Made by a program: the position numbers and the translations under genes. Below the pieces are notes generated by a model. The model ran no database searches. It had not been told where the DNA came from and was given only the letters and a program-made list of their open reading frames with translations. Shown in pieces: positions 39,591-50,594 of a DNA stretch of 64,000 nt (within the stretch, counting starts at the first letter, position 1; each line of letters begins with the position of its first letter). Origin of the DNA: Octopus vulgaris (taxonomy: Eukaryota); the NCBI GenBank assembly GCA_951406725.2, contig OX597821.1, positions 82,646,001 to 82,710,000 on the forward strand. Direction: 5' to 3'.

Positions 39591-41065
39591 AATATGAGAG
39601 GATAGTGTTATACTTGTAAAGCCAATATAACAATTAGAGTCATGATACTTATAACATAACAGATCACCAAACATTTATAACAAGGGAGCAGTTACATACA
39701 TTGCATTACATCACACATGAAACAATACTAGATCAGAAAGCACGACTGAGCAACAGCACATCCATACTCATTAAAACCCCCACCATCACTACTGCCACAC
39801 ACACAAAATAGATGATTAATGATGCAAACAATACTCACAACACAGAGGAATGCTAAGTCAAATAAACACAAAGACAACATAAATCAAAACATTTAGAAAG
39901 TCTACACCAGCCATACCACTCCCAGCAATTATTAAGAGGCAATAACATATGCCAATCCTACTTCAGTTTGAAGAGACAGTTGTGAGGATCTAGAAATGTT
40001 AAGGGTTTTAGGAACTTTACTTTTACAAATAAACTGCAAGGAACTCATAACAAATATTAAAAAATTCTAAAAAAGATATAATCAGAACACAGCTTTGAGA
40101 GAATGTGAACAAGCAACAAACAGCAATTACATCTGACTTCAAAGGAAGAGACAATCTCAACAATCAACCAGCAACCAATTTCCTGAATTAACATGCAATA
40201 AGAAAAAGCTCAAGATTTTGTTTTCTTCTCTGAAGACAATAAGAAAGCTGTGAACATGTGTTTCTGCCAACTATGTAGTTTCAAGTTCCACTGCATGACA
40301 CATGAGACAAATGTCTATTACTAGGTTACCAATGATTTATGAGTGGTGGACAGAAACTGTATGGATGCCAAGCGTACTGTGTAGATGAGTATTATTTACA
40401 TTCCACATGTGTTTGCACAACACTGCCTAATTGACATCATGCTTAGAAAAAAAATCCCTTACTTGAACAACAAATGAGTTGGGATCAAAAGGTAAATGCT
40501 CTTTTAGTCCCAACCCTCACCTGTTCTTCAAGTAAGGGATGTTTTTTCTATTTCACTGGTTCTTCACAAGTGCAAGTCCCATAATATTCGATTTCACTTA
40601 AGGTTTGTATCAAATCAAACACATGACAGAAAACACTTGCCCAAGATGCCACACCATGAAATTGAATTTAGAACTTCAATGTCTGTGACGCGAATGTCTA
40701 AACCATTCACCTATACAGACACACACACACACGTGTCAATAGCAAAAAAAAATAATAATATAAAATAAAAACAAGATAAATATTGGGTTATAAAAGAAAA
40801 ATCTCCAATAAAAATGCACAAAAAAATGCTTTATAATACCAGATGATATCAGAAAATTTCAAGAATCTGAAATATCAACTCTTTGCCCCCCTTTTATGTA
40901 AATATTCACAACTATAAATATATTTTATAAACTCCAGCTCAAGAATGTCAATTCTGTGTTGTTCTGTCATGCCCTGTAAATTTTCTATTATTGTGATGTA
41001 GGTCATTTGTATAAACTGGACAAAAGAACTGAATGTCTTGGAAATAATAGTCCTCTCCTCTAAAC

Positions 41066-41322
41066 CAGTGCTTCTCAAACTATCTGATGTGGCGTACCGG
41101 CAGTTTTTTTTTTCCCCCCTAATGTGCCAGGGACCGGTAATATTTCTTAGTAATATTAATGTATACCGGAAACAATATATAAAATGAATATAATAAAAGT
41201 TGACAATTTTTTAAATCTTATATTTTGTAAACAAATAATGCGATATTACATAAGCATTTTATAATGTTTCTTCTTTTCTGGAAACTCGCCGCATACCAGC
41301 AATGGTCTGCAGACCACCACTG
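41066..41322. mobile_element. hAT (Charlie-type) MITE
   Basis: Ends cagtgcttctcaaac...cactg; perfect 8-bp TSD CTCTAAAC; paralogous empty site ctgtaaac at 44574-44581. Confidence 0.9.
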
Positions 41323-42325
41323 CTCTAAACCCTTTCAAGATATATCTTGTCTGTTATTTATTTCCGTCATTGGACTGCAGTGTTGTTGAGGCATTACCTT
41401 AAATGGTGTTTCAGTCAAATAAATCAACCCCGCTACTTGTATTTTGTTTTTTTTTTAAAGCCTGGTACTTATTCTATCAGTCTTTTTTTTTTCCAAACCA
41501 TTAAGTTACAGGGACATAAACAAACCAACACTGGTTGTCAAGTGGTGATAGTGTATAAACACAAAGACACACACACACCAAATAGCATCTTGGACAAGCA
41601 TCTTCTACTATAGGGTAAAAATTCACAAAAAAAACAAAAGACGAAGACAGATGGTGTAGACAACAAACAGATGTATTAGTTAAATGCTCAGGAAGTAAAA
41701 AAGTCTTTAATGTTTCGAGCCTACACTCTTCCACAGAAAGAAACAAGCAGAGAAAGTAAAGAGTGTGCAGTGGGTGGGCTGACCAAGGCCTTGTGAGTGG
41801 ATTTGATAGAAGGAAACTGAAAGAAGCCCATCAGCAATGTGTGTGTGTGTTTATCCTCCACAGCTGCTTGACAATCATTGCTAGAGTATTTACATTCCTG
41901 TAACTTAGCGGTTCAAAAAAAGAGAACAATAGAATAAGTATCGGGTTTAAAAAAATAAGGACTAGGATTGATTTATTCAACAAAAATTCTTCAAGACGGT
42001 GCCCCAGCATGGCTGCAGTGTAATAACTAAAACAAATAAGAGATAATAGATGTATATTAGTAATATAATAATGTAGCTAGTCAGAAGAAATGAAGGAATT
42101 GCTCCTTAATATATTTTATATACAATTACAGGAAATCTTCAAATTTTCCAATGAAAAGGAATTAAGTTAAATAAAATAAAATAAAAAAAAAATATTTTCA
42201 TCATTACATTTTAAGAATTTATCTTGTGCTTGAGAATAAGCATTCTCAAGAGCTAAACAAATTCTTAAACGTGACAACATAAATATTTTACTTTATTTTA
42301 CTTCAACACATTCTGTACTTGTATA

Positions 42326-43570
42326 TCAGGCTGAGTAAAAAGTAAGCAACGTTTCAAAACATGAAATTCATCACAACCTATTTCAACAATGTGGTAACCT
42401 TATTCCTCAAAGTAAGTACCATTACAATCAACACATTTTTGCCAATGAGTTACAAATTTGTTTTTTCTGGTAACATAAAAATCTAGAGTTCTGGAGCTGA
42501 TGAACTCAAAATATTGGTTTGATTTTTGAACTCTTTCTTTCACAGGAAACCATCAAGGTGCTTGAAAAAGTGATAGTCAGTAGGAGAAAGGTCTGGGGAA
42601 TAAGCTGGGTGGGGAAGAATTTTGTAGCCAAGTTCCCTCAACTTCTGGAGTATCATTAGTGAAACATGTGGCCAAGCAGTCATGAAGAATGATTGGTCCT
42701 CTTCTGTTGACCAGTCTGGGATGGAGGAATAGCAGTTTTCCATTCATTTTGGAAATTCCATGGCAATATGTTTCTGCAGTAATGGTTTGTCCAGGTTTTA
42801 AGAAGTTATTGTGGATGAGTCCAGCAGTACACCACCAAACAGTCACCATAACCTTATTTTTGAAGAGCTCAGGTTTAGGGAAGGTTTACAGCACTTCATT
42901 TTGGTCTAACCATTGTGAAGAACATTTTTATTATTTTACAGAATCCACTTTTCATCGCAAGTTACAATACAGTCAAGAAATGGATTGGTCTGGTTACGGT
43001 GAAGAAGTGACAAGCAAATTTCATATCTGCACATTTTCTGATTTTCATTCAAATCATGTGGTGCTCATTTGTCAAGCTTTTTCAATTTTCAGATTGCATG
43101 CAAATGGTTGCAGGCAGTTTTCTGGCTAACTTGAAGTTCTTTTGCCAGTTCTTGAGTGATTTTACATGGATCTTTCTCAATGACGGTCTTTAATTGAATG
43201 TCATCAATGACAGATGGGCATCCACTACGCTCACAAACTTCAAGGCTCAGGTCTCCACTCTGAAATCGTTTAAACCATTTTCAAGCTAACCACTCACGGG
43301 TCATCTCACCATTGATATTGTGAGCAGTTTCAACTGCTTAACATACTTTTTTGAAGTTGAATAGCAGAATTGCTTTAATATTGCGCTTTGACAGCTCTAT
43401 TTCAGATGATTGTAACAATGGTGAAAAAAATATCAATGTTAACTTATTGATGCATTTGGGCAAGCCTATGTCTGTATTATCAGACAACTGCAAAAAAATT
43501 CAAAACTCTGCAAATATCCAGTACAAATTCTTCATGGTTCAAAACATTGCTTACTTTTTACTCAACTTGT
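42326..43570 (-). mobile_element. Full-length (1245 bp) decayed mariner, cecropia/Hsmar1-like; transposase pseudogene
   Basis: 30-bp TIRs (25/30 identical; TCAGGCTGAGTAAAAAGTAAGCAACGTTTC) with TA TSDs; motifs MVTVWW...FLKPGQTITAETYC, LVNRRGPIILHD and LPHPAYSPDLSPTDYHFFKHLD lie in different frames. Confidence 0.95.
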
Positions 43571-43643
43571 TATAAATAAACTAAGGAACAATTGCTCATT
43601 TCTTCTACTAACCTTGTAACTTATTATTATTAGTAATATACTA

Positions 43644-43850
43644 AGGCAGCAAACTGGCAAGATCATTGGCACACTGGGCAAAACGCTTTCATCCATCTTT
43701 ATGTCCTGAGTTCAAATTCTGCCATAGTCAATTTTGCCTTTCATCCTTTTGGGGGTCGATAAAATACGTAACAATTGAACTCTCGAATCAATGTAATCAA
43801 CTTAGCCCTTGCCCCCTGTATTGCTAGTTTTGTGCCAAAATTTGAAATCA
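43644..43850 (+). mobile_element. SINE family B with ~17-bp TSD
   Basis: TSD ttattagtaatatacta / ttattagtaatatgtta; central gcctttcatcctttt-ggggtcgataaaat resembles the MetaSINE domain as I recall it (unverified). Confidence 0.9.
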
Positions 43851-44998
43851 TTATTAGTAATATGTTACTCTACACAGTCTCAAAAATATTTTAGTTTGCA
43901 GAATTTAGAAATAGGGAAGATTCACTGATGGCGGAGAAAGATGTGAAGCTGATGGGCAAGGACCCCCATTTGAGGAGTTCAACATAGAATAGATCATTAC
44001 ACATATACCAGACTAACAGAGTCAGAGACTAGAGCTATGGTGGTACCTTGGCATAGTGGTTGAACTCAGGTCTTGGATTAAACATTCTCACGATCTGGTA
44101 CCTATTCTTCATAGCTTGGTGAACCATGGGGATTGTAGAATATAGAAAAGTAACCTGATCAGAAACACATCAAAATGTCATCAGTATATATGAACCCATG
44201 TCCCATTTGCAGTTAGTTTAAAACTATAAGGTTGTATAGTGAAAAAGTTTGCTTCCCACTGTGTAGTACAATCCTTGTGAGTAGATTTGGGTAAATGGAA
44301 ACTAAAAAAAATGTCCATTTTATATATGTGTATATGAATGCATTTTACAATATCAGATGATATCAGAAAATTTCAAGAATCTGAAATATCAACTCTTTGC
44401 CCCCTTTTATGTAAATATTCACAATAACTACAAATATATTTTACAAACTCCTGCTCAAGAATGTAAATTCTGTCTTGTTCTGTCATGCCCTGTAAATTTT
44501 CTATTATTGTAATGTGGGTCACATAAACTGGACAAAAGAATTGAATATTTGCCTTGGAAACAATAGCCATCTCCTGTAAACCCTTTCAGGTCACATGAGT
44601 ATCAATATTCCATTTGACCTATACTGAACATAGTGTGTGTGTGTGTGCATATGCTCACATCAGTCTTCATCATCAATTATGAATTTTGTATTATTGTAGT
44701 GTATGATGGTACCAGTTGCCAAGATTTCAAGTAACAGGAAACCAATGTTTAATGCCAACAATAAGCATACCAAATAAAATAGCTTCAAAAGAGCTGGGAC
44801 ACTATCTTCCACAATATGTTAATCTACTACACATACAAGACAAAGGACCAAAACAGGTTTTTAAGTTGTTGACATTTTGCATAACACAAAATTACACCCC
44901 AAAAAGTTTCCTACAGCTATTGCAGCTCAACATGATTATACATATGTATGCATGTGTATGTGTGAATGCATGTTTATGTGTGTATGTATTAGTAATAA

Positions 44999-45165
44999 TA
45001 ATGGTTTCAAATTTTGGCACAAGGCCAGCAATAGTGGGGGAGGAAGTAAATTGATTACGTCAACCCCAATGTTCAACTGGTACTTAATTTATGAACTCCA
45101 AAAAGATGAAAGGTAAAGTCGACCTCAGTGGATTTTGAACTGAGAATGTATGTAAAGACGGACAA
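44999..45165 (-). mobile_element. SINE family B, 5'-truncated
   Basis: Reverse-complement match to 43700-43850. Confidence 0.8.
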
Positions 45166-45371
45166 TGTATTAGTATTAATACCGAGGTTACTCAGAAGAA
45201 ATGAAGAATTGTTCTTTGATTTATTTATTATACAAGTATAGAAATTCTTCAAATTTTCCAAATAAGTGAAATAAAATGAAGTAAAGAAAAAAATTTACAT
45301 CATTTTATTTAAGAATTTATCCCATTCTTGTAAAGGCATAATCATTCTCAACTGCTTGAAAATTTTTTTAA

Positions 45372-45556
45372 CTCTTTAGCATTCATATTGTTTTGAATTA
45401 AATCATGCATTATTTTGTAGCTATGAGATTTTCATGAGGTAACATAAGTTTTAGACTGATATTGTAATGTTAGTGTGAAAGGCCAGGTCTGGTCAGTTTG
45501 AATATAAAACAGGTAGAATATTCTGGCCAGATATGGCCCGTTTAAATGCTAAACGA
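45372..45556. mobile_element. piggyBac-like MITE (family P1)
   Basis: TTAA TSDs at 45368-45371 and 45557-45560; paralogous empty TTAA at 42265-42268. Confidence 0.85.
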
Positions 45557-45923
45557 TTAAATGTAATAATATATATATTTTATTTTATTCTGTTTCACTG
45601 GAAAATTTGAAGACATTTTGTACCTGTATATAAATAAACTAAGGAATACTTTCTCCGTTTCTTCTGACTAAGCTATTATTACTAATATACTATTTTGTAC
45701 ACTACCAAAAACATTGTATTCTGTTACACATACACACAAACATTATTGTATATGATTTTAAAATTTTCTGCAAATGTCTTCTCATCTACAGAATGGCAGA
45801 ATTTGAAAATAGGGAAGACACTGATGGCTGAGAAAGATGTCTAGCTGCTGGATGGTGTGGTTCAGCAAAAGAGACTAAGAGAAAAAAGGTATTTGGGCTA
45901 ATTTGCTCAATTAAACCCTTTAA

Positions 45924-46115
45924 TCCATTAGCATTTAGATCAGCCATATCAGGCCCAAATATTCTACATATTTTACGTCCATACAATATCACTCAAAAAA
46001 TATACAATCACATCACTGAAATCTAGAAGCGGTGAGATACTGCACGATTAATTCAAACCAATTTGCATAAATAAACATTATGCTTGCAAGAGTAATCCAA
46101 ATGCTAGCTAAAGAG
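45924..46115. mobile_element. piggyBac-like MITE (family P1), inverted relative to the 45372 copy, inside a SINE A tail
   Basis: TTAA on both sides; body matches 168-390. Confidence 0.75.
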
Positions 46116-46159
46116 TTAAGATAGTACCCCAATATGGTGACAGTCCATTGACTGAAACA

Positions 46160-46194
<35 letters not shown>

Positions 46195-46195
<1 letters not shown>

Positions 46196-46597
46196 TAGCA
46201 GTATAGCCCGGCATTGCTCGGGTTTGTTTTTTAGTTGCGCTTAAAACGGCAGACTTTGATGTCGCGTTAAAAGTTTTGACATAGTTTCAATCTTTTTTGA
46301 AAAGTAAAAATTTTGCCTTATGTACCTTGTTATTCTCTTTAAGTGAACATTTTTTTCTGGTTGAAATACACCGCAAAATGGTGACACAGCAGTAAAAAAA
46401 TCGTAAAAAACAGGAATTTTCGTTGAAAAAAAGCACTCTTTTGATGTAAATAATTTTTGGTGTTAACATGGTCCAATTTGAATTTTTCCTCCTACGGAAT
46501 GAAGAGCAAGCCTTCTTCTATCATACTCTCAATTTTGGTCAACTTGCACCACAGGGTCTTCGAGAAGATAGTGTTAGTTGAAGGCTACCAAACATGC

Positions 46598-46632
<35 letters not shown>

Positions 46633-46654
46633 CTTCTGCTTTTATATGTATAGA
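46195..46654 (-). mobile_element. Non-autonomous Helitron (460 bp)
   Basis: Minus strand reads A|TCTATACATATAAAA ... CCCGAGCAATGCCGGG hairpin-CTATACTG-CTAG|T; no TSD; internal (GT)n. Confidence 0.85.
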
Positions 46655-47853
46655 TTTATGTTGGATGCAATTTTTAATCAGACTTTTGTGGTTTTTGCAT
46701 GTCCAAACAATGAAGCAAACAGTTAAGCAACCACAAGAAGTCACACACCACCAATTATAATCAAACTCCTTCCATCAATTATAGGACCACAAACAATGCA
46801 TTTTGTTTCAACACAGTCTGTACCCAACCAATCAACACACACACAAACTCATTCCATTATGAATTACCTCTCCATAATTACCACTGCCACCATTACTACT
46901 GGCTCTCTCACTTTCTTTCTCCACACACACACCACCATCTAATCATTTATTTACACACCAAAATATAGCTTCAAAGAAAGATATATCCAAACACAATAAA
47001 TAGTTAGTGTATCATAATCACATTGAGACCTTTTACATAGTTATGATAACTACTATACATTAATATAAAGATGTATAACATAGATTTGTAAATAGATATA
47101 ATATATATAGATATATTTTCCACCAACAGGAAAAACAATCACCCATCCCCACACACCAAACACACAACCATCTCCACAAACACTCAAATCTTTCAACAAA
47201 ACACACACCATATCAAAGCTTGAATTACAAAGAGAAAAGAGGGATCAGGTAGTTGTGGGGACAGGAATCAACAAAGAAAACAAAAATGACTCCCTCTCCC
47301 ACCACTCATTGCCTTGTTTTGTCCATCTGTACCGCCAACTGGTGGACAAATTAATGTGTCCAGAGGCTGTGGTTGGCTTTAATGTGTCTGGTCCAGTCAG
47401 TCCCCCTTTGGTATCAGTTGAAACGTTGCCAAGACAACAAAAGACTGCAGGTAGTAAAGGGAGGAGATTGGACAGATGTGACATCTTCCTCTCCCAACAT
47501 TAATACAAATAAAGAACCTTGGTCAGTAGGCAGGCTGGCTTAAAACTGACCATCAAAATGAAATTTTGGAACAGATTACAATGACTAAACCCCAAACATC
47601 CTTCATCTTCAGATTCGTCATCAATGTTTCCTGCTGTCATTACTTGTTATTGCAGTCGGATTCAACTGCAGCTGCTTCTGTTTGTTAAAATTGTTATTAG
47701 GGTTTCTCTAAACATAACTTATTTCTTACATTCACACAAGAAAAAATGAAATTGTGTGGCATTCATGTCTTTCCTAAGCAAAGCAAAATGGCTACAAGTC
47801 AGGAATGACAACTCAAATACTGACAGATCCCTGAACCCACCTGCATTACTTAA

Positions 47854-48073
47854 TCTTGTCTGCCCAAAACATTTTTGTAAGTTTGTCCTAAACACTCCTG
47901 CTTGTTTTTAGACTCTTGCTTCATACATTCTGAATAATATAAAGCTTTCCTTTCATTAGCCCAGCATTTACTCTGGTGGTTCTAACAAAACTGGCAATGT
48001 GTATCATATATGATGCATAGACACCAGAGAAACATGTCCTGTGTACCACACGATACACAAGACAAGCAAAGGG
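47854..48073. mobile_element. piggyBac-like MITE (family P3)
   Basis: TTAA flanks; right end gacaagcaaaggg; a second copy at ~51742-51965 starts ttaa-ccatttgcttgtc. Confidence 0.65.
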
Positions 48074-48490
48074 TTAAAATAATCTTGCGCTGGTCCAAGT
48101 CATCACCATATTAATACAGAAAAGGAAATGAGAAGTTGAGATGTTCATACTGTATGGCAGAATTGCGAGAACATTGGACAAAATACCTGTTGATTCATGC
48201 GTTGTTCATGTTGAAAAACAATGGCTATTTATGCTTTTGTTCAGCCCAAAGTCATCTCTACTTGACCAGACCTTTTTCAAATCATAACCACTCTATTTTC
48301 ATAAACAATGTATGTAGGACTACATAATTCAGTTGCATTTTTTTTTTAAGGATGGTAGGGTACTTTTCAAATTCTCTTCTCCATGGAAACAGAACTAAGC
48401 AGCAGCCCTTTAAAAGCTACTCAGGACTTGAGAAATATTTACATAAAATAATATGATTTATAACCACACAATTTTTGAGAGTATTGTTTT

Positions 48491-49403
48491 AGGATTTGTT
48501 TAGTTTCACTCACAGATTGAAACTTTGTATACTGATGTAATTTCTCATGCTAAACACAGTTTACTTTCAACAGTTTTGTCAAAATTTCGCATTTTAGAAG
48601 TTATTTTGTGTTCAAGTTGTCACATTTGGGTAATTTTAACCAATCAACAACGTGTATTCAGTTGAAGAAAGCTACTGCTGTTTGCAATAGCAATCGAAGA
48701 GGAACAACTTCTGGGTCACCTCTACTAAATGCCACCACTGTTCTATTCGTATGTCGAGCAACAGGTGAAGGGAAAGTGTTGCTCTTTGGTCATAGCTGAC
48801 ACAAAAGAGAAGCTTTCAGCCACAAGACGATGCCACCTTTATCCTTTCTAGTCAGCACCGTGTATTCCTTACTTTTTCCCTCTCTACTGGCAGACAGCCA
48901 CTTCTACATTATCAACTACCAATCAGCAAGCAAACTTGTCACTGCCACTACAATTACTGCTGTATCTCTAACTACATGTCGGGCAAACAAATAAATATAT
49001 GTAAATAATATTTGTTCCTTCTTGGTGTTGATTCTTCAATGTTTACTGGTTACTCCGACGCGAGAACCAAAAAGAAAAAAAAACATATGCAACACAGGCA
49101 GTAAACAAAAATGAAATAGTACAGAGTGATGACATTTAGTAAAGATGACCCAAAAGTTGTTCCTCTTCGATTACTATCACAAACAGCAGTGGCTTTCTCC
49201 AACTGAATACATATTATTGATAAGTTAAAATTACCCAAAGTACGACAACTTTTACATGAAATAACTTCTAAAATAAGAAAATTTGTCAAAAATGTTGAAA
49301 GTAAACTGTGTTCAGCATACGAAATTACACCAGTGTATAAAGTTTCAAACTGTTTAGTAAAAAAAAAAAATAATAAATCTGTGAGCAAAACTGAACAGCT
49401 CCT
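48491..49403. mobile_element. Non-autonomous DNA transposon with ~260-290-bp TIRs (possibly Kolobok-like)
   Basis: 48491-48752 is the diverged reverse complement of 49113-49403; ends AGG...CCT; TSD not preserved. Confidence 0.75.
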
Positions 49404-50511
49404 TGTTTTGAACTGACCCCATTACTTAACAGATATTATTTCATTTGATCTCTGATCCTTTTTTTTTTCTCCAGACATATGGTAGGTAGGGCTACATTAT
49501 TAAACATATATTACATTTGGTGCTACTTTGGGGTGTGATCTACAATTTAAAGGGAAATTACTTTAAGTTACTTTGTATTGATGCTACTTTGCTGTGTGAT
49601 CTACAGGAGCAAATTAAATTTGGTGGGTGACCTACGTGCTTATTTTAATTATTCTATTGTTTATTCTTGGTTTCTTATTACTATTTACCAAAACATGAAT
49701 GAAGCATGGTTTTCTTGTTATTAAAATAGTAAGAATTTTGAAATATTACAATTACAATGTTAAGTATGCCCTACAGTAATCTCCCCCGTAGATCACATGT
49801 CAAAGTGGTACCCACTTACTTTTATAAGTCTAGTACTTTTTCTACTGGTCTTTTTTGGCTGAACTAATAAACTATGGGGACATAAACAAACCAACATTGG
49901 TTATCAAGTGGTGTGGGGAAGGGGAGACAAAGATACACACACATATAGACAACAGTTTTCATCTACCAAATTCACCTGGAACTACTAAGTAGAAAACACT
50001 TACCCAAGAAGCCACAGAGTGGGGACTGAACCGAAAACCCCAGCTGCAAAGCAAGATTCTTTACCACACGGCCACACCTGTCATATCCTTCTTTTTATAA
50101 GGTTCTCTTGTTGGCTCATAATTACAGCTGTTGTTACTGGGACCCACTTTATGGCAATGGCTTTTATTGTTAGTTGTTCTAGATTTTAATCATTTTACTT
50201 CTTTTTCTACTGACTGGATCATTGTTGTTGTTGTTGCTATTATTTCTTTAGAGATAATGTTTGTTCTTGCTATTATTGTATGTTTGTTGATGTGACATAC
50301 GCTGTTTATTGATCCTGTTATTTGCCACATTTCATTCAAGTTAATTGCTGTTTGATATTGCACCATTTCCTCAAAGGCAATAATTGGCTCTTTTTGGGGG
50401 GATGCTTTTTGCTTTTCTTGGGGAGGGTTTTTTTTTTTAAAGTCATTATTGTTCTTGTTGCAGTTGTTTCTGGAATAACAATAAATGCAGTTATTATTAT
50501 TGTCTGCTCAC

Positions 50512-50594
50512 CAGCAAGAAATGAGCTCATCTTTGCTCTTGTTACCAATTTTCTTAAACACACCAACAACAATTGCTGTCATTGTTTCTTGTTC
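50512..50594 (-). other. Candidate 83-nt internal exon
   Basis: Long polypyrimidine tract then tttaaag|GAA; donor CTG|gtgagc. Confidence 0.4.

Larger units (their letters stand above)
40835..45852. repeat. Old local tandem duplication (copy A ~40835-43955, copy B ~44350-45852)
   Basis: Collinear blocks: 40835-41065 / 44350-44581; 42050-42325 / 45165-45630; 43573-43955 / 45631-45852. Confidence 0.9.

Noticed and set aside
40875-44570. Paralogous ORFs 40875-41078 and 44373-44570 as duplicated genes
   Set aside because: The similarity comes from the DNA duplication; frame-breaking indels separate the copies and no domain is recognisable.
49500-49815. miR-100/miR-10-like cccgtagatc
   Set aside because: Only ~10 nt match and there is no pre-miRNA hairpin; it belongs to a locally repeated and inverted motif (actttg..gtgtgatctac), probably a MITE remnant.
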